64,000 nt of DNA, from positions 2,480,001-2,544,000 of the forward strand of contig CM022676.1 of assembly GCA_012295275.1 (NCBI GenBank), in the 5' to 3' direction. The notes beneath the pieces were generated by a model that worked only from the letters and a program-made list of their open reading frames with translations, had not been told where the DNA came from and made no database searches. This DNA is from Chrysomallon squamiferum (Eukaryota; Animalia; Mollusca). The translations under genes were made by a program, and so were the position numbers. Positions 12,035-26,608 of the stretch are shown piece by piece (position 1 is the stretch's first letter; each line of letters starts with the position of its first letter).

Positions 12035-12649
12035 GTTTACACATACATTTCAAATCTAAACTATACATATATACATATTACACTTTGCGTCATGTAGGTT
12101 CTCTCTCTCCCTCTTTCTCTCTCTCTGTCTCGCTCTCTCTCTCAAAGATACATTACCCATGTATACATAAAATGTACATCATGCAGATAACATCCGTGTA
12201 TATTACACAGATATATTTTGATAAAGACACTCATCTATAAAAATATAGCAACCACGCGAGAACTATAAATATAAGACCACCCAACAGTGAACAGAAAAAA
12301 ATTAAAATCACTTGTAAAACCTCTTTATATAATACTTCCTTGTCTTGTCGAAACACCAGACACACATACACACATACACACACATACACACGCACATACA
12401 TGAATATATATTGAAACATCAGTCAGATAACATCGCATTATACAGATAAATTCCGGTAAAAATACTCAGCTAAAATTACATCACAAACATCGCGAACTAT
12501 AAATATAAGACACCCAACACTTACAGATAAAAAAGAAATCAGTTCAAAAAGATATTTATAAAATACTTCATCGTCTCGTCGACCTCTCTGTGAAACACAA
12601 GTGTTATAGTTATTTAGACATAAACAAATACAAATAAAGTAGAACTTAC

Positions 12650-12704
12650 CAGTTGAAGTCAGTGTTAAACTTGTTAATAAAATAACAGTGATTACTGTGG
12701 ACAT
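12650..12704 (-). CDS. Additional intact signal-peptide exon
   Basis: MSTVITVILLTSLTLTSTG with G|gtaagt donor and its own upstream region; the nearest intact V exon is 9062-9463. Confidence 0.65.
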
Positions 12705-13314
12705 GGTTAAACAATCTAAGAACAACGGGAAAGAAGACGTGTAACAGCGGGCTAGATCCTAGTTGCTTTGTACAGGGTGTAAATGACGGGTCATGTGACC
12801 GGTGACATGAAGAATCTATACCCTCTGTGATTGTTGTCTCCCCTAGTCTACTGTAAAATTTAACAAATAAAATCTGCGATTAAAGCACTGACTTAGTTTT
12901 TTTAACTGTAAATAATCTTTATAAACTGTTGAATGGTCTGCACATATCGAGACAGTTGTTGCACACTCAACAGGAGATGTTATTGTTTTATTTTAAATAC
13001 AAGGCGCTAGTCAAGCACTGGAAGAAAGCAGATACGAAATAACATGAAAATGAAAGAGAGAATACACAAATGGAAGGGGAGAAGAAAGTATAAGAAAGGA
13101 GAAAGAGAAGAAAACAGAATTTAGAACATATAATCTATTCATGCTTTATAAATATTATAAATAATTACTTTTGTCCACTGTTAAATATTTTCCTGTCTAA
13201 TTATAAATAACTATGTCACAATCCTTTGTAAAACATTTGACATTTAAAGAGATTTTAAGATTAAATTTATTAAATAACAACAACAATACCGACAACAACA
13301 AAAACAAGAACAGC

Positions 13315-13414
<100 letters not shown>

Positions 13415-14167
13415 GTAAATGCATTTCACAGGTACTGATAGTATAAAAATATAAAAAGTAAGATTTTATTAATTCATATAAATAAATTATTTTAGTAGCT
13501 TGATCATTTATTCAAAATTAAGAAGGTTATAAGGGTAGAATATTACGTTAGCTAGTTGAATAATTAAAGCTATGCGTTTAACCTAAATTAAGCACGAATT
13601 AAATTTCTAATAAGATTGATAAAGAATTAATAAATTAAGAAGATAATATTTTCTATTAAACAAAATAACCAACACACTGATGAATGATCAGAGCTTGAAA
13701 GCGGAAATAACTGTTGCCGAAGCTTTTAAAACAATTTGTTCTTTCTATTTTCTTCTTGAGCGACTCAGTATCTGTTTCACAATATAAATGACGTTTTTCG
13801 TTACCACAATAAAAGAAAACTAAATATAAAATATACTGAATGTGCTGACGCGAATCAGAAATCAAAGGGCTGTTGTTACAAACAAAATTAAACGTACTTG
13901 AATTTCAGTGGTAACGTCTAAGTGCATGAGTACTGACACTAAAAACAAGTTTATCAGTTACGTAATCCAATAATACAGCAAATGGCAAAACATACAGATT
14001 AACAAGTTGAAACTGGACATAACAACGTTATAGTCGCTGCTATTTTCTTCCATTAAATCATTTTAATTCATTTTCCTTTTTAAAACAATTTTGTTATAGG
14101 TTACACATAACAATGGTTCCATACAGCAATGATTTTCATTCTAAAACCAATTAAAATGTAATCTTAC

Positions 14168-14270
14168 TGTGAGTGTTGCTGGTAAAGATTGCAGAACAGA
14201 GATGGTTATTACCCACAATGCATCTGAACATTCGTATTGTTTCACTGAGAAATACAGTGTGTGTTAAAAC
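14168..14270 (-). pseudogene. 3' fragment of a C2-type Ig exon, cut off next to a (CT)n tract
   Basis: VLTHTVFLSETIRMFRCIVGNNHLCSAIFTSNTH followed by an A|gtaagat donor. Confidence 0.78.
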
Positions 14271-14291
14271 CACTAACCTCACTCCCAGATT

Positions 14292-14416
<125 letters not shown>

Positions 14417-14943
14417 ATCTCTCTCTCTCTCTCACACACACACTCCCTGTTTATACATACATTACATATGTATACATACAATGCACATCATGGAGATCAC
14501 ATCACATGTATATTACAAAGATATATTTTGATAAAGACACTCAGCTATAAATATATAACAACCACGCGAGAACTATAAATATCAGACCACCCAACAGTGA
14601 ACTGACAAAAAATTAAAATCACTTGTAAAACCTCTTTATATAATACTTCCTTGTCTAGTCGACATACACACACACACATGCACACACATGAATATATATT
14701 GCAACATCAGTCAGATAACATCGCATGTACATTACACAGATACATTCCGATAAAAATACTCAGCTAAAATGACATCACAAACATCGCGAACTATAAATAT
14801 AAGACACCCAACACTAACAGATTGAAAAGAAATCAGTTCAAAAACCTATTTATAAAATACTTCATCGTCTCATCGACATGTCTGTGAAACACAAGTTTTA
14901 TAGTTATTTAGACATAAACAAATACAAATAAAGTAAAACTCAC

Positions 14944-14998
14944 CACTTGAAGTCAGTGTTAAACCTGTTAATAAAATGACAGTGATTACTGTGGACAT
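14944..14998 (-). CDS. Additional intact signal-peptide exon
   Basis: MSTVITVILLTGLTLTSSG with G|gtgagt donor. Confidence 0.62.
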
Positions 14999-16473
14999 GG
15001 TTAAAAAATCTAAGAACAACGGGAAAGAAGACGTGTAACAGCGAGCTAGATCCTAGTTGCTTTGTACAGGGTGTAAATTACGGGTCATGTGACGTGAGAT
15101 AAAGAAACTATACCCTCTGTGATTGTTGTCTACGCTAGTCTAATGTAAAATCTAACAAATAAAATCTGCCATTAAAGCACTGACTTAGTTTTTTAACTGT
15201 AAATAATCTTTATAAACTGTTGAATGGTCTGCACATATCGAGACAGTTGTTGCACACTCAACAGGAGATGTTATTGTTTTATTTTAAATACAAGGCGCTA
15301 GTCAAGCACTGGAAGAAAGCAGATACGAAATAACATGAAAATGAAAGAGAGAATACACAAATGGAAGGGGAGAAGAAAGTATAAGAAAGGAGAAAGAGAT
15401 GAAGACAGAATTTACAACAAACAATGTATTTATGCTTTATAAATATTATAAATAATTACTTTTGTCCACTGTTAAAGATTTTCCTGTCTAATTATAAATA
15501 ACTATGTCACAATCCTTTGTAAAACATTTCACATTTAAAGAGATCTTAAGGTTAAATTTATTAAATAACAACAACAATACCAGCAACAACGAAAACAACA
15601 ACAGGAATAATAATAATGATAATAATAATAATAACAATAATAAAAATAGTAATAATAATAATAATAATAATAGTAATAATATTAAAAATAATAATTATAA
15701 TAATAATAATAATAAATAAAGTAAATGCACTTTACAGGTACTGATAGTATAAAAATATAAAAAGTAAGATTTTATTAATTCATATAAATAAATTATTTTA
15801 GTAGCTTGATCAGTTATTCAAAATTAAGAAGGTTATAAGGGTAGAATATTCTGTTAGCTAGTTGAACAATTAAAGCTATGCGTTCAACCTAAATTAAGCA
15901 CGAATTAAATTTCTAATAAGATTGATAAAGAATTAATAAATTAAGAAGATAATATTTTCTATTAAACAAAATAACCAACACACTGAAGAATGATCAGAGC
16001 TTGAAAGCGGAAATAACTGTTGCCGAAGCTTTTAAAACAATTTGTTCTTTCTATTTTCTTCTTGAGCGACTCAGTATCTGTTTCACAATATAAATGACGT
16101 TTTTCGTTACCACAATAAAAGAAAACTAAATATAAAATATACTGAATGTGCTGACGCGAATCAGAAATCAAAGGGCTGTTGTTACAAACAAAATTAAACG
16201 TACTTGAATTTCAGTGGTAACGTCTACGTGCATGAGTACTGAAACTAAAAACAAGTTTATCAGTTACGTAATCCAATAATACAGCAAATGGCAAAACATA
16301 CAGATTAACAAGTTGAAACTGGACATAACAACGTTATAGTCGCCGCTATTTTCGTCCATTAAATCATTTCAATTCATTTTCCTTTTTAAAACAATTTTGT
16401 TATACGTTACACATAACAATGGTTCCATACAGCAATGATTTTCATTCTAAAACCAATTAAAATGTAATCTTAC

Positions 16474-16806
16474 TGTGAGTGTTGGTGGTAAAGATTGCAG
16501 AATAGAGATGGTTATTACCCACAATGCATCTGAACATTCGTGTGTTGTCACTGAGAGATACAGTGTGATTTAAAACAGAACTTTCTCTGTTCTCACACCC
16601 AGATAGTTTAGGTGGGTTAACTTTGATTCTGTTTGTGTATGGATACGACATCCACAACATACCACAAGGTTACTTCCACTGCCTCGACCACGACTGTGCT
16701 GGGTTACCAACATTTCCATTACACCTGAATTCTAGAGTTTCGGAAACAATGTACCCAGTGAAAACCCTTTTAGGTCTAACGATCATTTCAGTTTCACTTG
16801 GCTTTT
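16474..16806 (-). pseudogene. Full-length C2-type Ig exon with one in-frame stop
   Basis: ttcag acceptor and A|gtaaga donor, 333 bp, phase 1-1; KPSETEMIVRP...LEFRCNGNVGNPAQSWSRQWK*PCGMLWMSYPY...MFRCIVGN...; TAA at 16670-16672 is shared with the 4.7-kb copy. Confidence 0.87.
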
Positions 16807-16914
16807 CTGAAATTGATATATATGCTTTACTTTAATTTTGTTTACAAATAAACGTCTATTTCCTTTCATTTTTTATTTATTTTGTTTTTATTTTGTTTTA
16901 GTTATTAAATTGAA

Positions 16915-17061
16915 GTGTACCGAAGTTGTTGATATATTTTCTCTTCAGTGACACAGAATTAAGTACATCAACCTGACTGATGTTACCAATACTACATCTG
17001 ACAGTCACAGGAAATCCTTCATACACAGGAAGTGGATTTACTGTCAGTTTTGCCGCTTCAG
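16915..17061 (-). pseudogene. Truncated V-like Ig exon
   Basis: AEAAKLTVNPLPVYEGFPVTVRCSIGNISQVDVLNSVSLKRKYINNFG; same internal deletion as the 5-kb copy. Confidence 0.82.
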
Positions 17062-17445
17062 CTGAAAATAAAAATGTATAGACAAACAAGTTATAAAATC
17101 AAGTGGTTGTTATAACACTAGTTATTTCTTAAACAATGTAATATGTGTGAATACCCGAAATGACAGACAATTCCAAACAAGTGAGTGAACATCATGACGA
17201 GCCATAAGAAAAGTGACTAAAGTTCTGTTTACAATACCACACCACTCAAGTGTCAGTGTAAATCTTTACTTAAACTCAAATCAAATGATTACACAAACTG
17301 CACATGAAGATGAACCTGAATGTTAAGCAGAGACTCGTTTCAGATCCTTAACATGATATATTTGTATAGTAAGTCACTTGTTTTTTTAACACAAATCACC
17401 TAATACTCAGTCTGAGTTATATGATAGGAACCAGCACCTTTTCTC

Positions 17446-17592
17446 TTATTTAGTGTGTGCGAGTCTTGAGTAAACCAGCTGGCACAGTGGAACAGGACTC
17501 ATTACAGGTGGACTACCAGATTCTGAAACTAAATCAATCGTGGCTGACATATCAGAATCCAGTTCACTGTTCAACTCGTCTGGATCTTGTTT
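17446..17592 (-). pseudogene. Cytoplasmic-tail exon relic with ITIM LVYSRL (copy 2)
   Basis: Essentially identical to 5471-5617; ITIM codons at 17461-17478. Confidence 0.6.
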
Positions 17593-17821
17593 CTAGCGTG
17601 ACTTTGTGACTGCTGCTTGTTACAAGTTCCTGACAGGTGCATTTTACTTATTTGTGTTTATCTATAACATGAAGTGCAGTAGTGTAATCACGGATGGTTG
17701 GCAAATTGGATACGACAGAAACAAGATCATCCCCTGCTTCTATCCATACAACTAAGTAATTAAACGTAATTATTGAAATACAAAATTCATACATCAAAAG
17801 TAAACTAAAATCAAGTCTTAC

Positions 17822-17925
17822 TTTGAGTTCTGATGGTAAAGTTTGCAGAATGCATCTGAACATTCGTGTGTTGTCACTGAGAGATGCAATGTGTGTTAGA
17901 ACAGAATTTCCTCTAGTCTCACACT
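17822..17925 (-). pseudogene. Internally deleted 3' fragment of a C2 Ig exon
   Basis: Paralogue of 6039-6160 (SLSDNTRMFRCI...) with the gtaagac donor. Confidence 0.7.
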
Positions 17926-19551
17926 GTGATTTTCTGTAATTTTAAAACTTTTTAAAAATAATTGTTGTCATAAAAATGTTCGTTTTCAGTATTTTATAAA
18001 ACTATTTATCTGCTCTCAGATTTTAAACAATCATAAATAAGAGAAATAAAATTGGTGAAGTACATCACCATTTTATATAACATAAAAATCACGCCTTCTC
18101 TTATTTTCAATGGTAATTCTAGAAAATCAATTATAACAAACGACATTTTTCGCGTACATCAAACGCGTTTCTCTAATAAAATAACATCTTCACTTACTCT
18201 GTTACAAGTATTTCAAATGTATCAATGTTGATTAAGTTTTTTAAGTTCGTCTTTGTTTTTACAGTGAAACCCACATATCCGTGAAAAAATGTTTCAGTAG
18301 ATATTTCTTTGTTCAGTATACTAACTACAGATAATATTTTAAAAGTAAATGTGGCATCTGAAGAAAAAAATAGATGAGACAAGCGGGGGCTTCCACAACC
18401 CAAGTTTCACTTTCATTTACACTGAGATAATAGGAAAGGAACTTGAAACTTTGGTCTTACTTTATAATATCTACTTGCTAATATTAATTATACTACAAAC
18501 ACTACACATATAAAATAAATCGCTTTCTTAATATTAATTATATTACAAACAATACACATATAAGATAAATCACCTTCTTAATATTAATTATACTACAAAT
18601 ATGAAAAACAAACAACACATATATACAAGAAATCTACTTGATAAAATTAATGATTCTATGAATATAAAACAGCAAGCAGTACAGATATAATATTAATTAT
18701 ACTACACATTTGAAACACCAAATAATTCGCACATAAAATAAATATTGTTGATAATGTCAATTACACTATAAACACAAAACATGAAAACGAAACAGACACA
18801 ATTTTTAATTTTATTTTAAATAAAAAATCTGCTCTCTACTGAAAATATGAATCAGGTGACGGTTTATTCAGAATTAATTAACATAATAAAAACAACTACA
18901 GGAATAGATTGTATTTAGAAATTTTTTCTGTGACAATATTTTATTCCGTCTTGAGTTTCATACTAAACAGAGGCAAAACTGAAATCATGGAAATAGAAGG
19001 ATCATGGTTAATATAATTAAAATTAATCTTCAGTTCAGTTTTGTTAATGATACTAAAACATAGTGAAATAAATAGATGTAATAATTATCTTAACTGACTC
19101 AGCATCGCCTGTTTTTTAGTATATTATGCATTTTACTCCAGACTTTATTCCTGTTAAAAAAAAAAAATGAAAATAACAATAATAATAATTATAGATATGT
19201 ATCAGATTTTTGTGATTAGATTAAATATTAAAATTGTAATTTACAATACTTGTCAACATTACTAACTTCAAACTGTATATAACAATAATTAAGTTGGCTT
19301 GTTATGAGGGATGTATATAACAATTAGAAATCTATAGCAAAATAGATAGAAAGAAAATATACATGCTACACTCTTGTAACAAACGTACAATACAATCAGC
19401 TAGACTAGAGCACTTTTAACCATCATTTCAATGCAGTTATAACAGTGAATCAGATGGATCTCAGACTACTTTATTGTCCTTGTTTCTATTAATTAAAACA
19501 AAATTAGGTTTTCGTTTACTTTTTCAGTGTAAGGTTAAATCAACTTGATTC

Positions 19552-19655
<104 letters not shown>

Positions 19656-21658
19656 GTGTATGTATGTTAAAGGGTTTGAATCTCAATAATTGTTAGCAAG
19701 TGTTTATATGTGTCTGTATATGTGCATATGTATGGTGTACATGCATGCATGAACATTGCTACTCATCTGTGATACATTACCTATCTATTTTACATTACAC
19801 AGTGTTTATGTGTAGTTAATTCAGAAATTAAATAGACAAATATTTTACAAATATATATATCTTTCCTAACTAAATTATTATGCACACATATTTACACATT
19901 TTAATGTTGTCAATACTCTGTTTATATTTGTTTTAATAGTTACATAATATTAGTAATCTAAGTTTGTTAGAAGTTCATCAGCATTTGTATTATGTGCTAT
20001 TTATTCTTCATAAATTCATACAACGTTATATAAATATAGAATATCTTAACTGAACTAGAGTTTGATACACATTTCTGTAACACCTTATTCACTTTCAGAA
20101 CTTAAAGCAAATCTAGCAAGAAATTAGAAAATATTACACAAAACATAATAATATTCAAATCTAGATGCTGTAAGTTAAATATAGAAACTAATTTACATTT
20201 CTTCATTACATTACACGTGTACGTATATCTATGTAAATATGCATCTAAAAATGTGTATTCCTCTATTTGTATGAGTGTTTGCTTATGAGATTCAGTTTCT
20301 TTATATGTATTAAGGATAGATGGATAGACAGATAGAAAGACTAGTTCTTATTATTTTAACAGACTGAAAAATAATATGCACTTTTGCATACAAAAAGTTA
20401 ACAAAAGTAATTTCTGAAAAAAAATTATAACTGGAAATTATGTTAGGAGGCTAGTGGAGTTTATGTGGAGCATACAGCAACTCCCCCAGCTGTGTTACTC
20501 AACACTATTAAAGTATGTTCCCATGAGTTCACTGTGACATGAGTATAACTGCAAATTGAAGGCTTTTGAAAATGTTGGTAGAAAAGGTGCACGTTATAGT
20601 TCAATAGTATTGTGAAAAATAAGAGAATACGCCCATCATACAGTATTTTCTGTATTTTGTATAAGAATTACTTCAAATAAAGCAATTCAGTATGAATAAA
20701 ATCTTTTTTCAATAGAGTTTAGAGTGTGATCCATTAACGACAAAACTACATGAATTAACAGAATTGTTGCATAAGAAATAAAGATATATTTTTGTGTTTT
20801 TTTATTCTTTCAATAACAAAGAAATAAAAGAAGCCTGTATCGAACAGGACGCATTTCGAATGATATGGTAAGAGGTAAAAATACAAATAAAAAAGAACGA
20901 TCAATGCATTCATGACACAAACAGATCAGGGTCTTGGTATAACACTATTTCAGACAAACAAAAGGAAAAAAAAACAAAGATAATATAAAAAAGAATAGCA
21001 TAACAGTTTGTAACAACAACAAAAATTATAATTACAATTGCTTTCCGTTCTTTCGAAGCTGCTGAAAAACGAAATCAGTTGAGAAAGAGAGGAAAATTTA
21101 TTTTACTCTTTCTACTTTATAATTTTCTTTCATTCTTTTTATTTTTTATTTATCTTTCTTTCTTTCTTCATTTATTTACTTGCGTATGCACATATTTGTT
21201 TGTTTGTTTATTTGTTTATTATTACAGTATAGTCTTGTGTTTATAATATTATCATAATATTTTACACTTTTCATTTTTCATTTTCTTTCCTTACTTTATT
21301 TATTTATTTCTTTGCGCCTACATTTATTTATTTGCTTATGCACTTGTTCTTTCTTTGTTTATTTATGTATTTATTTATTTATTTATTTATTTATTTATTA
21401 TGGTAGTAGTAATAATATTGTAGCCTAGTCTGATAAAGCAGAAGACGACAGTTCACATGTTAAAAAGCAGAAATGTTTTATTTTACCAGTTTCTGTCAGT
21501 CATCTTGTGCTCTTAAGTTTCAGACTGACAGAGGAAATGTGGTGACGACTAAAATAAGTTATTTGATTAAAAACAACGCGGTTTTCACAGACAGGATCAA
21601 CATACCCCATCATTTAATAACCACACTAGGGCCTGTGGCTGGAACGAGAAATTGATAA

Positions 21659-21768
<110 letters not shown>

Positions 21769-21882
21769 AATATTTGGAAAAGAGATAGAAAGAGGACGGG
21801 TGAACAAAGAGAGAGCGACTGATACAGATACATATTATATAAAGCCCCATATTAAGAAAGAATATGATAAATAATAAAACAA

Positions 21883-21953
<71 letters not shown>

Positions 21954-22189
21954 GTATATAAAGAATTAAAAAGTTCAGGTCACCTTATTTGAAAAACAAA
22001 ATGAACTTCTTGATTGCTATTACGCGCACAGAGAGGCTGACTGGATGGTCGCAGACCGGGGAAACACCTAATTTTGACATTTGAATCGCAGAGCTTACAC
22101 TTAAAACGAGGGAGCAGAAAAAAAAAAAAAATGTAGATATTTCTGTAAAATGTTTTCTAAGAAAAAGATAAAAATATGTTCCAATTCTA

Positions 22190-23290
22190 GACTTAATTGA
22201 GCAGGATAACTCCTGTGTGTGTCCGTGTGTGTGTGCGTGTGTGTGTGTGTGTGTTTAATGTTTTATTCTCCGGGCATGTTACGATAATAAAATTGTTGCA
22301 TTAAACAACTGAAGAAAATGAAATTATTGTTAACAATGTAGGCGGTTAATGAAATATTTACGGATTAATAATAATAATAATAATAAATAAATAAATCAAT
22401 CAATCAATAAAAAGTCGACCAATTTAGCAAATTTACGGTCAAAGGGAAATTACTCTATTTAAAGATGACGCAAATTACTTAAAAAGACTCAGTCTCAGTT
22501 AAAGAAATTTTGTATCCAATATATTTGCTAAAAAGACATTTTAAAATATTGTTGGAATAATAGGCTTCGTTTTAGTTTTATCATTATAAATTAAATATTA
22601 ACAGAGAAGGACTGATTTTCAATACAATAAATTAGTAACTTAACGGTCTAAGAGGAGTAACTCTATTTTGGTATTGCGATGTTGTCAGAAATGGCCATTT
22701 TACACAATATTACTAAAAATATGAAAAAAGTAAAATTATATCAAAACTTTATGTTTAAAGTAAGTTTATCGAAACGAAGGAATTTACATTTATTATTTTT
22801 ATTAGTAATTTATATTTATTGTTTACGTTCATACCATTATTTTATTTTTATTAGTTTATGACCTATATTTGAAAATATAATTTGTTTATACCTAGGTTTT
22901 GTATGAAATAGAAAACAAATTAATGTTATGGTCTAAGAGGAACAACTCTAAAATGATTTTTCAGATTACTTGTTTTCGTTAACTATGTTACAAAATTTAA
23001 TACAATTACAGTATAGTTACGTTTTAAAAAATATTGAAAACAAGAACTCAATAATTACATTTATTCCAGTATTAAGGAATAAGAGAAAGTTAAAATAAAT
23101 TCGAAATAAAAGCAAAGTGACTGTTTCGAAGTTATATTTTAGAGTTATTCCCCTTAGACGGTTAATTTCCTTTTTCTTGAAACTGGTCCTAAATGTATAT
23201 ATTTTGCTTTTCTTTTCCTTTTAATTATTTATTAATTTTTATCAGTGCAAGTACTATATTTTTTTAACTCTGCTTATTAATCTCCCCTCC
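22190..23290. mobile_element. Possible degenerate non-autonomous DNA-transposon (foldback-type) relic
   Basis: Three direct copies of a ggtc(t/a)aag(a/g)g...actct motif (~22437, 22644, 22930) and one inverted copy (~23140 agagttattccccttagac); no coding capacity. Confidence 0.35.
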
Positions 23291-23342
<52 letters not shown>

Positions 23343-24436
23343 AGTAATAATACTACTAATAATAATAACAATACTACTAAATTAATATGAAGTTACTTTA
23401 AGCATTAACCTTTTACAACTTTTGGCTTTTATGACAAAAGAATTATAACTTGCACTTATTCTTTTCATTTACTTCGTTTAGAAATGTTATTCAGTATTTG
23501 TTTAACTTTTTTTTATTTAATTTAATTTAATTTAGTTTTATTTCTTGTTCAAGCTTTCCATTTATATATTAAAAAATTAAATTATGATCACAAATGGAAT
23601 AAATACCAAATTAAAATGAATTTGTTCACTACGTAACTTTTCTTCCTTTCTTTAGAAATGAAAAATAAATAGTTTGTTGTTGGAATCTCTCTTTTTTTTT
23701 TTTTTTTTTTTTTTTGTGTATTTATTATTAGTACTAGTAATACTATTAGTAATAATAGAAGTAGTTTACTTTTCTGTTTCCTAGACTTTATTTTGAGACA
23801 TATTTAGAGTCAAGGTTATGTGAATGGCTAAGACTTGGGTCAGAAATATTTTGTAGATAAAACGTGTCAAATGTTAAAAATGTGTTTTAGAATAAAAAAC
23901 TAAATAAAAAATAAAATAAAACAACAACAGCAACAACTACAACAATATCAGTAACAACAACAACAACAACAACAACAACAATAATAATAATAATAAATAA
24001 ATAAAAAAAACAAATTAATTCACTAAATCCAGGACATTGCTTATCAAGGTTAGGAACAGATTTGAATGCAAATATTTCATAAAACATAATAAAGAATACG
24101 ATAGATATTAATTAATTATTAATTGAATCAAATTTGTTTTTTTTTTTTTTTTTTTACAAAGAGGGTTTGCTAGGATTATGATGGTTTGATGTCAGTCTCA
24201 GTTTAAATTTTTAATACATAACCCGATGAAGCATTATGTACAATACTTAAAATGATTCATTTCTAACTTAGACACAAGAGTAAATGTATTTAAATTGAAT
24301 CCATTTCCTCACATACAGTACATTTTAACTCAACATAAAATGTATGTCTGTTGACTACACTAGAATTTGACAACAAACTTATTAACTTGACTTTGATTTT
24401 TAAAATACCAATTATGATTACTGCATCAACAATTAT

Positions 24437-24532
<96 letters not shown>

Positions 24533-25948
24533 GGCTACCTTCTAATGTATAGAAACTTTGTTAATGAAAATAGAAATATTAATAAAACAATAGATTTTTA
24601 AGAATAAAGAAATATCTTTTAAACTGAATGTATTTAGTATGCTAGTGTTTGCTATTAGTAAATTACAAACTTTTAATTTTTGGAGGAGATTTTTTTTTGT
24701 ATGTTTTACTCTTTTACACATTTTTGAGATGCACTTGGCTTCATTACACATAAGCTGAAAGATTATTTGTTTCTGGGATTTGATTTGACAAAGTGACAAC
24801 TTTGCAAGAAAATTTGAATAACTAATTACCGCAGTTTTATTCAAATGTGAAGTTTGCTCGTCACCATTAATATGAAAATTCCCGGCCACATGTTGCATAT
24901 ATAGATACATGTATGAATGCGTGCTTGTTTGTAGTGTGCGTATTTATATTTGAATGCATTTTTATTTGTTTATTAAGGAAGAAAGGTTTTATTTTTTCAT
25001 CTAATACTCACTGTAACAATGCTTAATATTTAATTCTTCTCAAAAATGTTGTTCCTAAAATCTCAGCTACTTGCGTTTGAACTGTTTGTGATAACATCTT
25101 TCTTCCTGAAATTCGCAACAATCATAAAGATGCAAGCGTTTATTATTGCATGTTCCCTGTATGAATTTAAAATATTTACCACAAACACCCTGTATGATGT
25201 TTCCATATAAATTATTTAATGAAGACATTGAGTACATTTAGCTGAATTATTTTGTATTTATTATTTTTTATTATTATTGTTATTATTATTATTATTAGTA
25301 GTAGTAGTATTTTTAAATTTACAAGAAATGAGATTGTTTCAGTTTATTCTAATAATAATGATAATAATATGTGCGCTACTCTATAAAACATTTAGTCAAA
25401 TTTACTGAGTATAACATGATATAAGTAAAAAAACTAAGTTAAAATTTAATATGATATTTATTCTGAAAGCAAACATTGAGAAATTTAATAAAAATTTACG
25501 AAATAGAACAAACGCTGATTGATTTAATAAATAAATATATGAAAAATGAAATCAGTCTGTTATTTTATGTATTCATATGAAAATGTATGAAATAAGAGAG
25601 ACTACACGATATAGTCAACATATGCATTTTTTTAATATATAGATTTAATTTTCAGTTCATTTATTAAAATTATTTTGAATATTAAAATTCTCTCTTGATC
25701 TTCAATTTAGAAAAAGAATTCCTTAGAACTGTGTTTTCAAGAAAATGTCTGACACGATTGGTGATTCTTTTCACCAGAAAATATTTTCTTATATTGTGTT
25801 ATATAACAGTTAAACAATTAGTTTCTGGTTATTGAATTTAGCTTCTTTCAAAGAAAACGTGAAGTATCAGTGTAAGTAGATAGAATACAATAGCTATTAT
25901 ATTGATTATAAACGTACACAATGTAAAGTTACTTTCATTATAATAATA

Positions 25949-26067
25949 TCATTTGTCACTTTTCTTCAGATTTTCATACAGGTTCAGTTTGGTGTATTGT
26001 GGTTCTTCTCTGTTTTCTTGTAGACCTTCATAGGTGTGGTCAGCTGTTACAGTGTTATTTACAGCAC
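25949..26067 (-). CDS. Terminal cytoplasmic exon with ITAM 2
   Basis: tttcag acceptor in phase 1; GAVNNTVTADHTYEGLQENREEPQYTKLNLYENLKKSDK-TGA. Confidence 0.85.
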
Positions 26068-26163
26068 CTGAAATAATTTAAAACGTTTAAATAAAATGTA
26101 TTCTCTTTAATAAGTAACACTGATTTCACCATACATTAAGAAACACAGTACAATTATGTTTAC

Positions 26164-26274
26164 CAGTTTTTCTCAGATTTTCGTACATCTCAATTCTTGA
26201 GTATTCAGTAGTATCTCTGTGTTGTTGAAGACCTTCATATGTATGGTCTGTAACTGGACTTGGATGTTCCATAA
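26164..26274 (-). CDS. Cytoplasmic exon with ITAM 1 and ITSM
   Basis: ttacag acceptor and G|gtaaac donor, 111 bp, phase 1-1; MEHPSPVTDHTYEGLQQHRDTTEYSRIEMYENLRKT. Confidence 0.85.
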
Positions 26275-26608
26275 CTGTAAAGGCAACAAAGATCAGAAAC
26301 TGGTAATGAAAATATTACAACATTTAGTAGTGTGTTGAGAAAAATACAGAACTGCAAAAAAAAAGCAACAACCACTACTACTGCTGTTACTACTAGTACT
26401 ACAAATATTAACACTACAACATAATTTTAAGTAATATTTGTTAAAGATTAGATCGTATATTTTGTATATTTTATCGTTATGCTAAAAGGTAAGAATCTTC
26501 AGGTATATATTATTATAATTGAAGGGTTAACAATGAAGGAAATAACCTACAAGACAGTTAGTATTATTGTTTAATTTATCACCACTTGCAGATTGTTTAA
26601 GAAGATAC

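Larger units (their letters stand above)
16480..18890. repeat. Segmental duplicate of ~4500-7190
   Basis: Colinear C2 exon, truncated V exon, ITIM exon, C2 fragment and exon-like relic, with long near-identical stretches (e.g. 5160-5650 versus 17135-17645). Confidence 0.92.
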
